Source of the DNA: Candidatus Latescibacterota bacterium
GTDB lineage: Bacteria; Latescibacterota; UBA2968
Direction of reading: 5' to 3'
DNA length: 64,000 bases
NCBI GenBank assembly: GCA_965205975.1
Contig: OZ242195.1
Span: 4,608,001-4,672,000 of the forward strand
In this document: positions 10,198 through 20,858 of the stretch, piece by piece
Numbering within the stretch: the first letter of the stretch is position 1
How the letters are laid out: the number at the start of each line of letters is the position of its first letter
Translations under genes and position numbers: made by a program
The notes under the pieces: model-generated
Told to the model about the DNA's origin: nothing
What the model saw: the letters and a program-made list of their open reading frames with translations, nothing else
The model's database searches: none

Positions 10198-10474
10198 ATT
10201 CCTTAGAATGCGATTTGTCCCAGATGGGTTTTACTTTTTCGATGACTTCAGCATCGGTCGGGCTGGATGCGACGATGTTCGTAAATTCTTCAGCTTCAAC
10301 TCCGAGTTCCTCCAGGAACTTTCTGTCAGCTGGTCACGGATAGACGTAGTCACCGATGCAGCCTCGCAATTTGGCGCGGGCTTTATCTGTAATGCGCGGG
10401 AGCCAGGGCATGTCGCCCATGTAAAGCTGACGGCTGCGCGGTCTAAAATCAACAGCGGAACTGAGTTTGTCCAT
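10196..10474 (-). CDS. DUF5069-like small protein with in-frame UGA at codon 47 (candidate selenoprotein, 92 aa)
   Basis: AAGGAGG RBS; MDKLSSAVDFRPRSRQLYMGDMPWLPRITDKARAKLRGCIGDYVYP-(TGA)-PADRKFLEELGVEAEEFTNIVASSPTDAEVIEKVKPIWDKSHSKE; TTGCTA-17-TATGTT promoter upstream. Confidence 0.75.
10305..10320 (-). promoter_or_regulatory. Candidate bacterial SECIS element
   Basis: AGUUCC-UGGA-GGAACU hairpin starting 13 nt after the UGA at 10336-10334. Confidence 0.65.
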
Positions 10475-10572
10475 TGATTCCTCCTTCAGGTATAATGGCT
10501 TTTACATGTCATAACATAGTGATTTTGCCAGTGAATAGCAAGTTAGAAAGTGGGGCCGCCGGTGGAATAAGA

Positions 10573-11652
10573 TCATATAAATTCTCGCAGATTGATTTGC
10601 TTCATACCCTCTTTAATATATTCTAAACTCTCACGATTTGATAAATCCAGTATGGGATGCTCAAAACCAATTTTCTCCGCCAAAATACTTGCTACTTCTT
10701 TAGTCCAGTGGGTCATACTCATTTGAACAATATTGCCATTTATGGCTTCAGCCATTTGGACAATACGACTGCGTTCACCAATTCTATCCACTAAAATAAT
10801 TGTCGACATGTAATGTGTCTGTCTGCCCAATTCTATCTCTCTTTCAAACCTCGATACTTTGTCCAAAGATATCTCTGTATTCCCCGGCCCAATAAAACCA
10901 ATGTCGAATCTTACACCAACGCCTGGTTCGTATAGAAGGGTGGCATCACTCTCTCGTTTTGTCCCTCGGTCAGATAACCAGAAAACTTTGTTGGTCTCAT
11001 CAGTATTTTGTCGATCAATTTTTCGAAAGCCCAATAATGAGAGAAGAGAACCCAATATAAGCTTTTCAAACAACTTGCCATACATTGATTTTTCGGAACC
11101 TCTAATTGCTAATGTTTGAGTGCCAATAGCAGCAAAAAGATAGAGAATGAATGGCCAATCCACCTTGCATTCCACGTCCTGGATTTTCAAAATACCTTCG
11201 AGTTCTCCATAGTCAATTTTACATTTATCCGTAGATTGTTTAAGTGACTCCTCAAGCGCGTTGAGGTAATTATCAAATTCATTATCCCTATTTCTCAATA
11301 CATTCTGGATACTTTTTCCTGTTAGACCGATACACCATTGCAAAAAAAGTTTTCTCTCATTTGGTATTTTTGATCTTAGTTCGGTTTTTACAATCTCCGG
11401 GATCTTATCGACAAAATTCTCAATATCCTGACCAGACCTGAGAAAAGTCACAAATAGTGCTGCATTTGAAAGCGTCAATCTTCTCCGGGTCAACCCCTCG
11501 GTTAAAGAACGGATATTCCCACCGCACAGGACAGAGGTCACAACTTCTACAACGATATCCTCACCAATCCTGTCAATTACTTCAACACCTCGATACCTTG
11601 CCAGAGATTCACCAATACGAGGGATATTTTGCGATATTGTCTCATAAAACAT
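10573..11652 (-). CDS. Type II restriction endonuclease, CfrBI-like
   Basis: GSEKSMYGKLFEK, RESDATL, RFDIGFIGxGNTEISLDKVSRF; directly downstream of an MTase; AT-rich. Confidence 0.75.
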   Translation of the reverse strand: MFYETISQNIPRIGESLARYRGVEVIDRIGEDIVVEVVTSVLCGGNIRSLTEGLTRRRLTLSNAALFVTFLRSGQDIENFVDKIPEIVKTELRSKIPNERKLFLQWCIGLTGKSIQNVLRNRDNEFDNYLNALEESLKQSTDKCKIDYGELEGILKIQDVECKVDWPFILYLFAAIGTQTLAIRGSEKSMYGKLFEKLILGSLLSLLGFRKIDRQNTDETNKVFWLSDRGTKRESDATLLYEPGVGVRFDIGFIGPGNTEISLDKVSRFEREIELGRQTHYMSTIILVDRIGERSRIVQMAEAINGNIVQMSMTHWTKEVASILAEKIGFEHPILDLSNRESLEYIKEGMKQINLREFI

Positions 11653-11666
11653 TGGTTTCTCCGGTT

Positions 11667-12857
11667 CTAAAATTCAATATAGTGTTTGATGGGTGCGACT
11701 GGTTCACAGTTTATCCAATTCACCTCTTCAACTTCCTGCCGCAACCAGCTCTCAATATTCTTCTTAATTTCATTAACATAGTCTTCATTGATTTCAAATA
11801 ACACAAATCTTCTATTGAGTTTGGAGGCAGCTTGCCCAACTGTGCCAATGCCCGCAAAGGGATCGAGAATGACATCATCCTTAAACGAATAGTACCGAAT
11901 CACTTTCTCAGCAAGCTCTAAGGGGAATATTGCTGGATGTTTTTTGCTGTGAGCAGGATGAATTTTCCAGATATTGGTTACTTCATACCCATCATCAATT
12001 CGAGATTCTTTAACTCGTTTTTGATCTGGATGTTTTCTGATATGCCAATCAATCAATTTATCCGTGCTCTTCCGATAGACCAAAATATATTCTGTTATAG
12101 GGACAGATTTGTATTGCAACGGATTCCTGTCAGCCGAAAATCTTCTGCCTCGTCCGGTTGCCCAACCAGCACCTTCCGGTTTCACCCATATTATATCATC
12201 GATAAACTCAAATCCTTCTTCAATAAAAATTCTATGAATATCAAAAGGCACTGCTATTCTCTTAGAAGATTCGTTTCGACTTGCTCTGCGAATCAACACA
12301 GGCGCTATGTTTATGACAAAAAACCGTCCTTCATTTAGAACCCGATGACACTGATGTATGATTTTTCTCATTTTGAGTAAGTATTCGTCGTATTGAATGT
12401 AATCCGAATATTCAGGCCGAGCATTATAGTAAGGAGGAGATGTGAAGACGAGATCAACCGATTCAGATGGTGTCTCCGAAAGTAGTTCTTCACTATCTCC
12501 CAAACCAACCGAATTCCTCAGATTTGAAATTTTAGGTACGCCAGCTTTCTTTCTTTTTTTCGTTTTACCGTTTGTGCGTCCGAGCAATCTTGCTTCTAAG
12601 ACCTCCTTTTGAGTTGTCTTTGGTTCTTGTATCAAACTCGTATATGCATCAATTACTATCTCACCTATCTTATTGTTATCTTTACCCTTTAAGGGCACTC
12701 GCCAGAGATGGTATCGGTCATCTACTTCTGGCAGTCCAAACTCTATTGCCTTGTTAAGATCGATATTTTGCAGATAATTAGTGGAAATTTGTTTCGCATC
12801 CTCAACATTTTTCACGCGATATTTCCGCTGATCGTAAACGGTTATTTTTTTCCCCAT
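11667..12857 (-). CDS. Site-specific DNA methyltransferase, beta class (N4-C/N6-A)
   Basis: FTSPPYY motif precedes HPAIFP and [16 protein letters not shown] before ATG 12857. Confidence 0.92.
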   Translation of the reverse strand: MGKKITVYDQRKYRVKNVEDAKQISTNYLQNIDLNKAIEFGLPEVDDRYHLWRVPLKGKDNNKIGEIVIDAYTSLIQEPKTTQKEVLEARLLGRTNGKTKKRKKAGVPKISNLRNSVGLGDSEELLSETPSESVDLVFTSPPYYNARPEYSDYIQYDEYLLKMRKIIHQCHRVLNEGRFFVINIAPVLIRRASRNESSKRIAVPFDIHRIFIEEGFEFIDDIIWVKPEGAGWATGRGRRFSADRNPLQYKSVPITEYILVYRKSTDKLIDWHIRKHPDQKRVKESRIDDGYEVTNIWKIHPAHSKKHPAIFPLELAEKVIRYYSFKDDVILDPFAGIGTVGQAASKLNRRFVLFEINEDYVNEIKKNIESWLRQEVEEVNWINCEPVAPIKHYIEF

Positions 12858-13033
12858 AACATCTCCAATCATTCTACGAGCACAAATTAAGGAATGTTTT
12901 TTAGATATAGTCAATTTACCGAGGAAAACAAGGATTTTTTGCACTTTGCTATACTTTGAACAAGCTGTGTACAACTTCTCAAGAAGTTCATTTGGAGGAG
13001 GTAATGGATCGCATTATTCAACTTTATGACAAT

Positions 13034-13603
13034 CTATTTTACGGTGTATGTACTCAGTGTTGTGTCGCCGTATTTTTTTTGTCGAGAGAGGGTGAAGTTG
13101 GAAAAGGGTTTGGGGAGTGTTGTTTGAGAGGCGTGTTGGACGAGGATGCGGGCGTTGGGCGCGAGTATCGGCGTTGTTGCGAGGCGGGTGAGTATGGCGC
13201 AGGACATGGGTTGTCCGTCTAATTGCTGGTTATAGGGGGGGTCGAGGTAGATGATGTCGAATAGGGCATTTGAATGTGCGAGTTGAGGCAGGAGTTTTTG
13301 CGCGGGTCGCGCATAAAGCTGGATGCGGTCGTTGAGATGCCAATTGTCTATAAGCTGTGCGATGAAGCGGTTGCAGCGGCGGTCGGGCTCATTGATGACC
13401 ACCTGCGCACCGCGGCTACAGGCTTCGAAGCCGATTTGACCAGAGCAGGAGAAGAGGTCGAGGAAATATTTGCCGCAGAGGATTTCGCCGAGGGAAGAGA
13501 ATACAGCTTTTTTGACAAAGTCGGATGTGACGCGGGCATTGCCGTATTTTTTGTTGTTAAAGGGGATGCGGCGACCCTTAAATTCGCCAGCGATGATGCG
13601 CAT
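13034..13603 (-). CDS. rsmD: 16S rRNA (guanine966-N2)-methyltransferase RsmD family
   Basis: MRIIAGEFKGR, LDLFSCSG, FDIIYLDPPY, KKYGDT. Confidence 0.85.
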   Translation of the reverse strand: MRIIAGEFKGRRIPFNNKKYGNARVTSDFVKKAVFSSLGEILCGKYFLDLFSCSGQIGFEACSRGAQVVINEPDRRCNRFIAQLIDNWHLNDRIQLYARPAQKLLPQLAHSNALFDIIYLDPPYNQQLDGQPMSCAILTRLATTPILAPNARILVQHASQTTLPKPFSNFTLSRQKKYGDTTLSTYTVK

Positions 13604-13614
13604 AAGAGCGTGTT

Positions 13615-16098
13615 TTAATTCCCATACCGGAAGCGCACTTCGCGTTCTATGCTCTTGCCACTGATCAGGTCGGTTACGATGATTTCGAGTGCGTTGACAC
13701 CGGGTCTGACTTTGTTGAGTACGATTTCGACGTATTCGCGCTCGTCGGCGTCGCGTCCGGTGCGTTCGTTGGTGATGGCCACCTGAGGTTTGCTGGTTCT
13801 AAAGATGGTGCGCAACCCCGTGGCTACAGCGCCAAATACGCCAACGGCAGGCATGGCACTGGAGCGAATGCGGTATTCGGTTTTGTAGCGGGTTTGTCCA
13901 AAGGTATCTTTGGTCAGATTGTAGATTTCAAAGTAGGCATAGACATTTTGCGTTGCGGCATAATTGCGCGTGGGAATGGGAATGATCCACACATCTTCTT
14001 TTTGGAATTTTGTCGCGCCTTCTTCCGCAATGTTCGAAGCCAGTTGAATTTCGCTAACTTGAAGCTCTGGGATCTGGTAGTCTCTGACTTCGAGTTCTTG
14101 CCGGTAGAGTCCGGTGCGTCCAGAGATGAGGTCTTTCATTTGTACTTGAAGTTCGTATTTGCCAGGCGGTACCTGTGTCTTGATGATTTCAGGCACAAAA
14201 GCACCCTGTTCAGTTGCGTTGGGTACTTGTGTGCCGCGATACGCGAACTCATCGGTTGTGCGATAGATGGATGTGTGACCTTCATTTGCCAGCGCAACGG
14301 CCAATTGCACGTGTATGAAACTCGAATCGGCTTCTTGCTCAATTTCGACCTGCTCGGGCGGAATGCCGTAATAAATCTCGAGATTGGTTTGGCCATCGGG
14401 TCCGCGGAAGTGCGCCAGGTCATAGTAAAAATTGAGTATATCGCCGGGAAGTCCAGGGCGATAAAAGTCGGGCGAAGTCGATACGGCTTGCTGGTAGATG
14501 ACTGCGGGTGTGTGTTCGGTCATGCGGGCGATATAAGCGATGGCTTCGGCATCTTCGGTCGTGGCGTCGGGCAGTGGGGCAAAGTCATAGCGTCCATTGC
14601 CCATTTCGTCGGTGAATGTAATCTCTATGCCCCCATTGAGCTGAATATAGGTCCAGGTTTCCCAGGGCACGGTATCAATTTCATTGCCAATGGTAATGGG
14701 TGCGTATCGGCCAAATTGTAAGCGGGTGTTGAGCTGTCCTGTTTGTTCATCGAGGACGCTTTCGATGGTGCCGTCGCGCTCAAATGGATTGCGCTCAAAA
14801 CCGAGTCTGAAATCCGCAGCTTCGCCGCCTTCGGCCTCGGGGAGTTCGGCCATACCTTCATCGGCAGCTTCGCCGGCTTCTTCGGATGTAAAATTCTCGT
14901 CAGCTGCTATGTCGGAAGGGGAGTCTGGAGTAAAGAGAGAGCCTGTTTCGCGGCTGGTGCGAATGGGAAAGACGGGACCTGTGAAGGTGAAGAAGGCTGC
15001 TTCAGGACCGTAGATGTCAACGGCCATCTGTGTGCGCACGCGCTCTACTTCGGCGGTTTGAACAAAATTGCGGTCATTGGAGCGCGAGCGGTAGTCGGGT
15101 TCGCCATATCGGATATAAACAGCCCCTCGCTCATCCCAAGGATAGACATTGGATGAAAAATAGGTGCGTGCATACCACGTGCGGCGGTAGTGTTCGATGA
15201 CGCGCTCGTTGAGTTTGGTGAGAATGTCGGGGTCGCGCCGTGCCCAGAATTGCTCGCGATATGCCTGTTGTTCGGGTCCCGGTGAGGCGGCGTGGTATTC
15301 CTGGAGTTCTGTATCTGAGGCAACGTAGGCAATATTGGTGTAATGTGCGCGTTCACTACCTTCGGTGTTGGCGAGATAGCGCTCGAAGAGTTCGAGGGCT
15401 TTTTGCGCTTCGTCGTTGTAAAAATAACCCTGTGCAACAATGGGCAAGAGTTGAACGACGTCGGGATTTGTCGTGAGATAGGGAGCAATGTGTTCGCGAA
15501 TTTTGTCAAATGCTTTGGCCTGTACACAGGCTAAACCGAAATAATAGAGGCCCTCGGGATTATCGGGTTCGAGTTCGACGTATTTCTGATAATACTGCAT
15601 GGCCTTGTTGTGGTCTTCTTGAAATCGCTCATAGACTTCGCCGAGCAAGCGATAGGCCGGGCCGTAGTTGGGATCGAGTTTGGTGGCGCGTTTGGCCTCG
15701 CTAATGGCTCTGCGGAAATTGTAATAAGATTGCATTCCCCGCGTGGGTGCTTCGGCATACGTAAGGCCAAGCCCGACATAGGCTTCGACGAGGCTTTTGT
15801 CGAATTTTTTGGCTGTTTTGAAGGCGTCTTCGGCTTCTTTGTATTCTTTCCGTTTGAGATAGATATAACCCAGTTGGGAATACACATGGGCGTCTTCGGG
15901 AAAGTTTTCTAAAATGCGTTGGAGGGTCGCCATGGCCTCGTTGATTTCACCCGCTTGAATCTGACGCTGACCCAGGGCAAACATCGTATTTCGATAGGCT
16001 TTGTCTTGTTGAGGTGTCTCATCTTCTTCTGCAAAAAGAGGCAGCGCAATGCAAGAAGCGCAGCAGACAGCCATCCAGAACCGCAATCCTATTTTCAT
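13615..16098 (-). CDS. Secreted TPR-repeat, GWxTD-domain protein
   Basis: Signal peptide; several TPR-like repeats; FWARRDPD and WDERGAVYIRYGEPD motifs. Confidence 0.85.
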   Translation of the reverse strand: MKIGLRFWMAVCCASCIALPLFAEEDETPQQDKAYRNTMFALGQRQIQAGEINEAMATLQRILENFPEDAHVYSQLGYIYLKRKEYKEAEDAFKTAKKFDKSLVEAYVGLGLTYAEAPTRGMQSYYNFRRAISEAKRATKLDPNYGPAYRLLGEVYERFQEDHNKAMQYYQKYVELEPDNPEGLYYFGLACVQAKAFDKIREHIAPYLTTNPDVVQLLPIVAQGYFYNDEAQKALELFERYLANTEGSERAHYTNIAYVASDTELQEYHAASPGPEQQAYREQFWARRDPDILTKLNERVIEHYRRTWYARTYFSSNVYPWDERGAVYIRYGEPDYRSRSNDRNFVQTAEVERVRTQMAVDIYGPEAAFFTFTGPVFPIRTSRETGSLFTPDSPSDIAADENFTSEEAGEAADEGMAELPEAEGGEAADFRLGFERNPFERDGTIESVLDEQTGQLNTRLQFGRYAPITIGNEIDTVPWETWTYIQLNGGIEITFTDEMGNGRYDFAPLPDATTEDAEAIAYIARMTEHTPAVIYQQAVSTSPDFYRPGLPGDILNFYYDLAHFRGPDGQTNLEIYYGIPPEQVEIEQEADSSFIHVQLAVALANEGHTSIYRTTDEFAYRGTQVPNATEQGAFVPEIIKTQVPPGKYELQVQMKDLISGRTGLYRQELEVRDYQIPELQVSEIQLASNIAEEGATKFQKEDVWIIPIPTRNYAATQNVYAYFEIYNLTKDTFGQTRYKTEYRIRSSAMPAVGVFGAVATGLRTIFRTSKPQVAITNERTGRDADEREYVEIVLNKVRPGVNALEIIVTDLISGKSIEREVRFRYGN

Positions 16099-16341
16099 GG
16101 TATTCTCCCGATGGAAAAGTCGGAGGACCAGATGTGTTTTAGTATTCGTTAAAATATTGTAAGAACAGGTCTTTGTCAATAGGTTCCAAATCAGTTAAAC
16201 ATCGTACATGAGACTATGTTGATAACGCCTGACTGATGGGGCGGTTCCGGTTTTTGTGATTCTGTACTTGACCCTCTGAAAAGAAGAGTCTTATGTTGAA
16301 GCAATGGACAAAAGAGGATCTAAACCATTTAGGGGGATTTA

Positions 16342-17661
16342 ATGCGGTATCGGTTTTGTTGGATTGTTGCGTTTTGGGGGCTGATTTTTGAAGGTGTTTC
16401 CGCAGATGCAATAGGAATTCCATGGGACTTGTCTGCGATACTGGGTTCTGTAACGGTTGAGCAGGAGCAGCGGCAACGCTATAATATACAGCCTCGCATA
16501 CGCATGGGGGACTTGTCTGCGGCTTTTGATCTGGAGATTTTTTTGGATCATGAGGGGCGCATTCGGGACAGTGGCTGGGATTTTTCGAGTCGCCGAAGAG
16601 GGGTGGAGAGTCTGTTGCGAAAAATTCACTACGTGCGCTATGGAGATATCGATGATCGCAATCGGCGATTGTCTCTGCACGTCGGTGCTTTGGAATGGGT
16701 GACATTGGGCACGGGGCTGGTGATGCGCAACTATCGCAATACGCACGGTTCGCCGGGGATAAAACGCGCGGGTTTGGACATGAGAATTCGCCATATTTTC
16801 AGGCGTTTGACAGTGCGCGCCGTGATCGGCAATTTGCTGGATTTAGAAAGCGGTGGACCCGTTCTGGGGGGGCGCGTCGAATTTCAACCAGTTCCGCTAT
16901 TGGATATGGGCGTCACGGCGGTTGTGGATGCGGATCAACTCAGCGGCTTGCCAGATTCAATTCGCGCAGGTCTGCCGCGCGATGCATTTGCAGTCGCGAG
17001 TGTTGATGTGGGCTATCCGTTTATCGATAGACGGCATCTAAGGGCGAGGCTGTATGCGGGCGCGGGGCGAATTTTGGATGAGGATAGTGGGACGGGTCTC
17101 GCTTTGCCCGGTGTGATGGTTGATGTGGGGCCAGCGCGATTGCAGGCGGAGTATCGCTGGGTCAACGGCAGGTTTCAGGCCGGGCATTTTGACGCGCTCT
17201 ACGATGTTAATCGCGCCCTTGTCGATTCGCGTACGGGGGCTATTACAACGCGGGAAGCTACGTTGCAGTCTGAGTCGATGCAAGGGGTGTTTGGCAGTGC
17301 TCTTGTGAGATTTTACGGCATTTTTGTGGCAAGTGGATCCTATCAGCACTTGCGCGGAGATGTCAGCGATGCACAAATTGTGGAAGGCCGCGCGGGTATG
17401 ATACCAGAATTTTTGAAACAGATGCCCAAATTAAAAAAAGTGACACGAGCAGAGGGGTATTTTGAGAAGCGCTTTCAGAACATCAGCCTGAGAAATTTAT
17501 TCGATGGCACGCCCAATACGCGGTTTGGATATGTGGTTGCGCTGGAACCCGTAAAGAATACAGTGGTGATAATGGAGGCCGAATTTACTTATTTGCCAGA
17601 TGGTTCCGGCGGGTTTCGGCGCGAACGGATTTTGAATATTCAGACAAAGATAACGCTTTGA
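16342..17661 (+). CDS. Hypothetical exported protein, probable outer-membrane beta-barrel
   Basis: Signal peptide; alternating amphipathic strands; YVRYG and TLGTGLVMRNY segments. Confidence 0.55.
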   Translation: MRYRFCWIVAFWGLIFEGVSADAIGIPWDLSAILGSVTVEQEQRQRYNIQPRIRMGDLSAAFDLEIFLDHEGRIRDSGWDFSSRRRGVESLLRKIHYVRYGDIDDRNRRLSLHVGALEWVTLGTGLVMRNYRNTHGSPGIKRAGLDMRIRHIFRRLTVRAVIGNLLDLESGGPVLGGRVEFQPVPLLDMGVTAVVDADQLSGLPDSIRAGLPRDAFAVASVDVGYPFIDRRHLRARLYAGAGRILDEDSGTGLALPGVMVDVGPARLQAEYRWVNGRFQAGHFDALYDVNRALVDSRTGAITTREATLQSESMQGVFGSALVRFYGIFVASGSYQHLRGDVSDAQIVEGRAGMIPEFLKQMPKLKKVTRAEGYFEKRFQNISLRNLFDGTPNTRFGYVVALEPVKNTVVIMEAEFTYLPDGSGGFRRERILNIQTKITL

Positions 17662-17666
17662 CTCGT

Positions 17667-20648
17667 TTAAAATCCCTCAAATTGGCTCAGGTCTGCAATG
17701 CCGTTGGGCAGGGCGGCGATGTGTTGGGCAAGGGCGAGGCGCGATTGCTTGAGGTCGGGATCATCGACCATGATGAGTACGTCTTCGAAGAAGCGGTTGA
17801 TGGGGTCGCGCAATTCGGCCATGACCTGGATCAGGGCGGCGAGTTTGTCGTCGGCTGCGTCCATTGTTTTGCGCGCGGCGAGATAGGCTTTGTTCAGTGT
17901 ACAGGAGGCTTCTTCGGGGTCGCGGCCGGGATTGAGATCGTAGTGTTCTGAGAGGTCGCGCACAATGCGTTTGCACCGCGCATGGGCATGGAGGATGTCG
18001 AGCCATTGATCGGAATGGATTTGCGCGGTAAATGCTCGGGCAATCCGCTGGATTTGATAGGGGTCATCCAAATGCGCTGCAATCGCAGCGGAAATTGCGT
18101 CGTGGCGCAGGCCCTCGTCGCGCAGGACTACTTCGAGGCGACGAATGATGTAGTCAAAGGCTTCGTCGAGGGCTTCTTGTTTGACTACAACGGGCAAGTG
18201 ATTGGCGGCTACATTGAGGCCATGGCGCAGGGGAAAATGCATTTTGTAACCGAGAAGATTTGAAAGCAAGCCCAGGGTGTCGCGCCTGAGACCGTAGGGG
18301 TCGGCATTTGATCGGGGTTTGATGCCCACGCCAAAAAGACCGGCGAGGCTGTCGAGGCGGTCGGCTATTGAGACGGCGAGGCCGGGTTGTGTTTGGGGCA
18401 GTGAGTCGCCCGGGAAGCGCGGATGGTAATGGTCTTCAATGGCGCGCGCAACGGTTTTCGTTTCGCCTGAAGACAGGGCATAATAGCGGCCCATGATGCC
18501 CTGCAGGGAGGTCATTTCGACGACCATGCTGGTCGCCAGGTCGGCTTTGCACAATACGGCTGCGCGCAGAGCCGCTTTTTTATTTTTTTCACGAAGTCCA
18601 AGCGCGGCAGATAAATCGTTGACGAGTTTTTCTATGCGGCGGGTTTTGTCGCGCATAGAGCCGAGTTTTTCTTGAAAAGTGAGGGTGTCCAGGCGCGATA
18701 GAAAGTCGCCGAGTTTTTTGTTTGTGTCGTCTTCGTAAAAGAATCTGGCGTCGGCATATCGGGCGCGTATGACGTTTTCATTGCCTTTGACGACGAGGTT
18801 GGGGTCGTCGGGTAGCCCATTGCACACGGTGATAAAGTTGGGTTTGAGGTTGCCTTTTTCGTCGAGTACCGGGAAATATCGCTGGTGTTTTTTCATGACG
18901 GCGATGAGCGTTTCGCGGGGTAGGGAAAGGTGCGCGCTTTCAAAGGTGCCACAAAGCGCGTGCGGGGCTTCGACGAGGTCGGTGACTTCGTCGATCAGGT
19001 TGGGGTCGTCGGGTACGTTGCCGTCGATTTGTTGGGCTACTGTTTCGACTTGTTGTTTGATGGTTTCGCGCCGTTTGTCGCGGTTGACTACGATGCCGTG
19101 TTTTTGCATTTGCGCGCGATAGTCAGAAGCAGAAGCGATTTCGATTTCTGGCGAGGCATTGGGGCGCAGTCCGCGGCTCGTGCGTCCCGCTGTTGCGCGC
19201 GCATAAGTGAATGGGATGATTTGATCGCCAAAGAGGGCGACAATCCAGCGGAGGGGACGCGGATATGCGATTCCTTCAGAATTCCAGCGCATGGTTTTGC
19301 CAAAGCTGAGTTTGGCGATAAGTTCGGGTAGCAGTTCAGAGAGGATTTCCTGGGTTTTGCGCCCGTAAATGGTGATGCCTGCCCAGACGTAGTCGTCGCG
19401 CTGTTCCACTTCTGATGGATCAATGCCCTGTCCGCGGGCAAATCCCTGAAGTGCTCGGGTGGAATTGCCGTCATTGTCATAGGCGATGCGGATGGCTGGT
19501 CCGCGCGCTTGTCTGATTTCATCGGGTTGCCGTCCCAGCAGATTTTTGACGATGGCATATTGTCTGCGCGGCGTGCCGCTAACTTCGATGCTGTCGTACG
19601 TGAGATTTGCTTCGCCGAGGTGTTCGGGCAGCAGTTTTTCAAGTTGTGCTATCGCGCTGACCACATCGGCAGGTGGCAGTTCTTCCGAGCCGATTTCGAA
19701 CAGGAGATCGGCGGCGTTTAATTCGGGCAGTTTTTCGGCTTCGGGTACCGGTGAGGGCTTGTCCTTTAATGGTTTTATGAGGGGATGTCCCTGGTCTTCG
19801 CGTTGTTTGAGATATGCTTCGGCTATTTGGCGCGATAGGTCGCGCATTTGGGCAAAAAAACGGGCGCGTTCGGTTACGCCAATGGCACCGCGCGTGTCGA
19901 GCAAATTAAAGGTGTGCGAGCAGCGAATGACGTAGTCGTGTGCGGGAATGACGAGGTCGCGGTCAAGAGCTGCCTGGGCTTCGGCTGTAAAGATGTCGTA
20001 CATGGATTTGAGGCGGTTGACGTCGGCCCAGTAGAATTCGTAGTTGCAGTATTCTATTTCTTGTTTTTTGAGGATGTCGCCATAAGTTACCGTGTCATTC
20101 CACTGTAGTTTCCAGACTTCATCGACGCCTTGAAGATACATGGCAATGCGTTCGAGACCGTAGGTGATTTCAACGGCAACGGGATCGAGTTGCATGCCAC
20201 CCGCTTGCTGGAAATAGGTAAATTGCGTGATTTCCATGCCGTCTAACCACACTTCCCATCCCAGGCCCCAGGCACCCAGAGCGGGGGATTCCCAGTTGTC
20301 TTCGACAAAGCGGATGTCGTGTGCTTTGCAATCGAGTCCCAGAGTTTCGAGGCTTTTGAGATACAGTTCCTGCGGGTTGCCGGGGTCGGGTTTGAGGATG
20401 ACCTGATACTGGGTGTGCATTTGCATGCGGTTGGGGTTTTCACCAAAGCGCCCATCGTCGGGGCGATAGGAGGGTTCGACATAGGCGACGTTCCAGGGTT
20501 CGGGTCCGAGTACGCGCAATACTGTGGCGGCGTTCATAGTGCCTGCGCCCACTTTTTCGCTGTAGGGTTGCCAGATTATACAGCCGTTGTCGGCCCAGAA
20601 GCGCTCGAGGCGCATGATCAGGTCTTGAAAATTCAGGTGGTTGCTCAC
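17667..20648 (-). CDS. glyQS: Glycine--tRNA ligase, fused alpha+beta subunits
   Basis: Alpha motifs [28 protein letters not shown] followed in frame by beta motifs [30 protein letters not shown] start 20648 with RBS. Confidence 0.95.
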   Translation of the reverse strand: MSNHLNFQDLIMRLERFWADNGCIIWQPYSEKVGAGTMNAATVLRVLGPEPWNVAYVEPSYRPDDGRFGENPNRMQMHTQYQVILKPDPGNPQELYLKSLETLGLDCKAHDIRFVEDNWESPALGAWGLGWEVWLDGMEITQFTYFQQAGGMQLDPVAVEITYGLERIAMYLQGVDEVWKLQWNDTVTYGDILKKQEIEYCNYEFYWADVNRLKSMYDIFTAEAQAALDRDLVIPAHDYVIRCSHTFNLLDTRGAIGVTERARFFAQMRDLSRQIAEAYLKQREDQGHPLIKPLKDKPSPVPEAEKLPELNAADLLFEIGSEELPPADVVSAIAQLEKLLPEHLGEANLTYDSIEVSGTPRRQYAIVKNLLGRQPDEIRQARGPAIRIAYDNDGNSTRALQGFARGQGIDPSEVEQRDDYVWAGITIYGRKTQEILSELLPELIAKLSFGKTMRWNSEGIAYPRPLRWIVALFGDQIIPFTYARATAGRTSRGLRPNASPEIEIASASDYRAQMQKHGIVVNRDKRRETIKQQVETVAQQIDGNVPDDPNLIDEVTDLVEAPHALCGTFESAHLSLPRETLIAVMKKHQRYFPVLDEKGNLKPNFITVCNGLPDDPNLVVKGNENVIRARYADARFFYEDDTNKKLGDFLSRLDTLTFQEKLGSMRDKTRRIEKLVNDLSAALGLREKNKKAALRAAVLCKADLATSMVVEMTSLQGIMGRYYALSSGETKTVARAIEDHYHPRFPGDSLPQTQPGLAVSIADRLDSLAGLFGVGIKPRSNADPYGLRRDTLGLLSNLLGYKMHFPLRHGLNVAANHLPVVVKQEALDEAFDYIIRRLEVVLRDEGLRHDAISAAIAAHLDDPYQIQRIARAFTAQIHSDQWLDILHAHARCKRIVRDLSEHYDLNPGRDPEEASCTLNKAYLAARKTMDAADDKLAALIQVMAELRDPINRFFEDVLIMVDDPDLKQSRLALAQHIAALPNGIADLSQFEGF

Positions 20649-20746
20649 GGTTGGTTCCTCGGTTGGTGGATCGTGGTCAAAGGTCAAATGATACCCTGAT
20701 TTTTAGTTTGTGTCAAATTGTGGTCGGTTTTAAGCGTTTTTTCCTC

Positions 20747-20775
20747 TTGCAAAAGTCCATTTTCTGGTCTATATT
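20747..20775 (+). promoter_or_regulatory. sigma70 promoter of the pyrB leader
   Basis: TTGCAA-17 bp-TATATT. Confidence 0.65.
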
Positions 20776-20783
20776 CTGGATAG

Positions 20784-20855
20784 ATGACGACTGGCAAAAT
20801 TAAATACAAACGCTCCCTCAATGGGGGCGTTTTTTTTATACGCGGAAGGAGGTAA
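20784..20855 (+). promoter_or_regulatory. pyrL-like leader ORF (23 aa) spanning an attenuator hairpin
   Basis: MTTGKIKYKRSLNGGVFFIRGRR*; hairpin AAACGCTCCC-TCAAT-GGGGGCGTTT with T8 inside the ORF; stop 3 nt before the pyrB ATG. Confidence 0.6.
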
Positions 20856-20858
20856 GAG

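Noticed and set aside
10143..10477. ORF-track entries 10143-10343, 10181-10477 and 10231-10452
   Set aside because: Shadow frames of the UGA-containing minus-strand gene, which has the RBS, promoter and family motifs.
13894..14721. 275-aa plus-strand ORF (also 37593-38414 in an alternate frame of chrA)
   Set aside because: Overlaps well-supported genes and has shadow-like composition.
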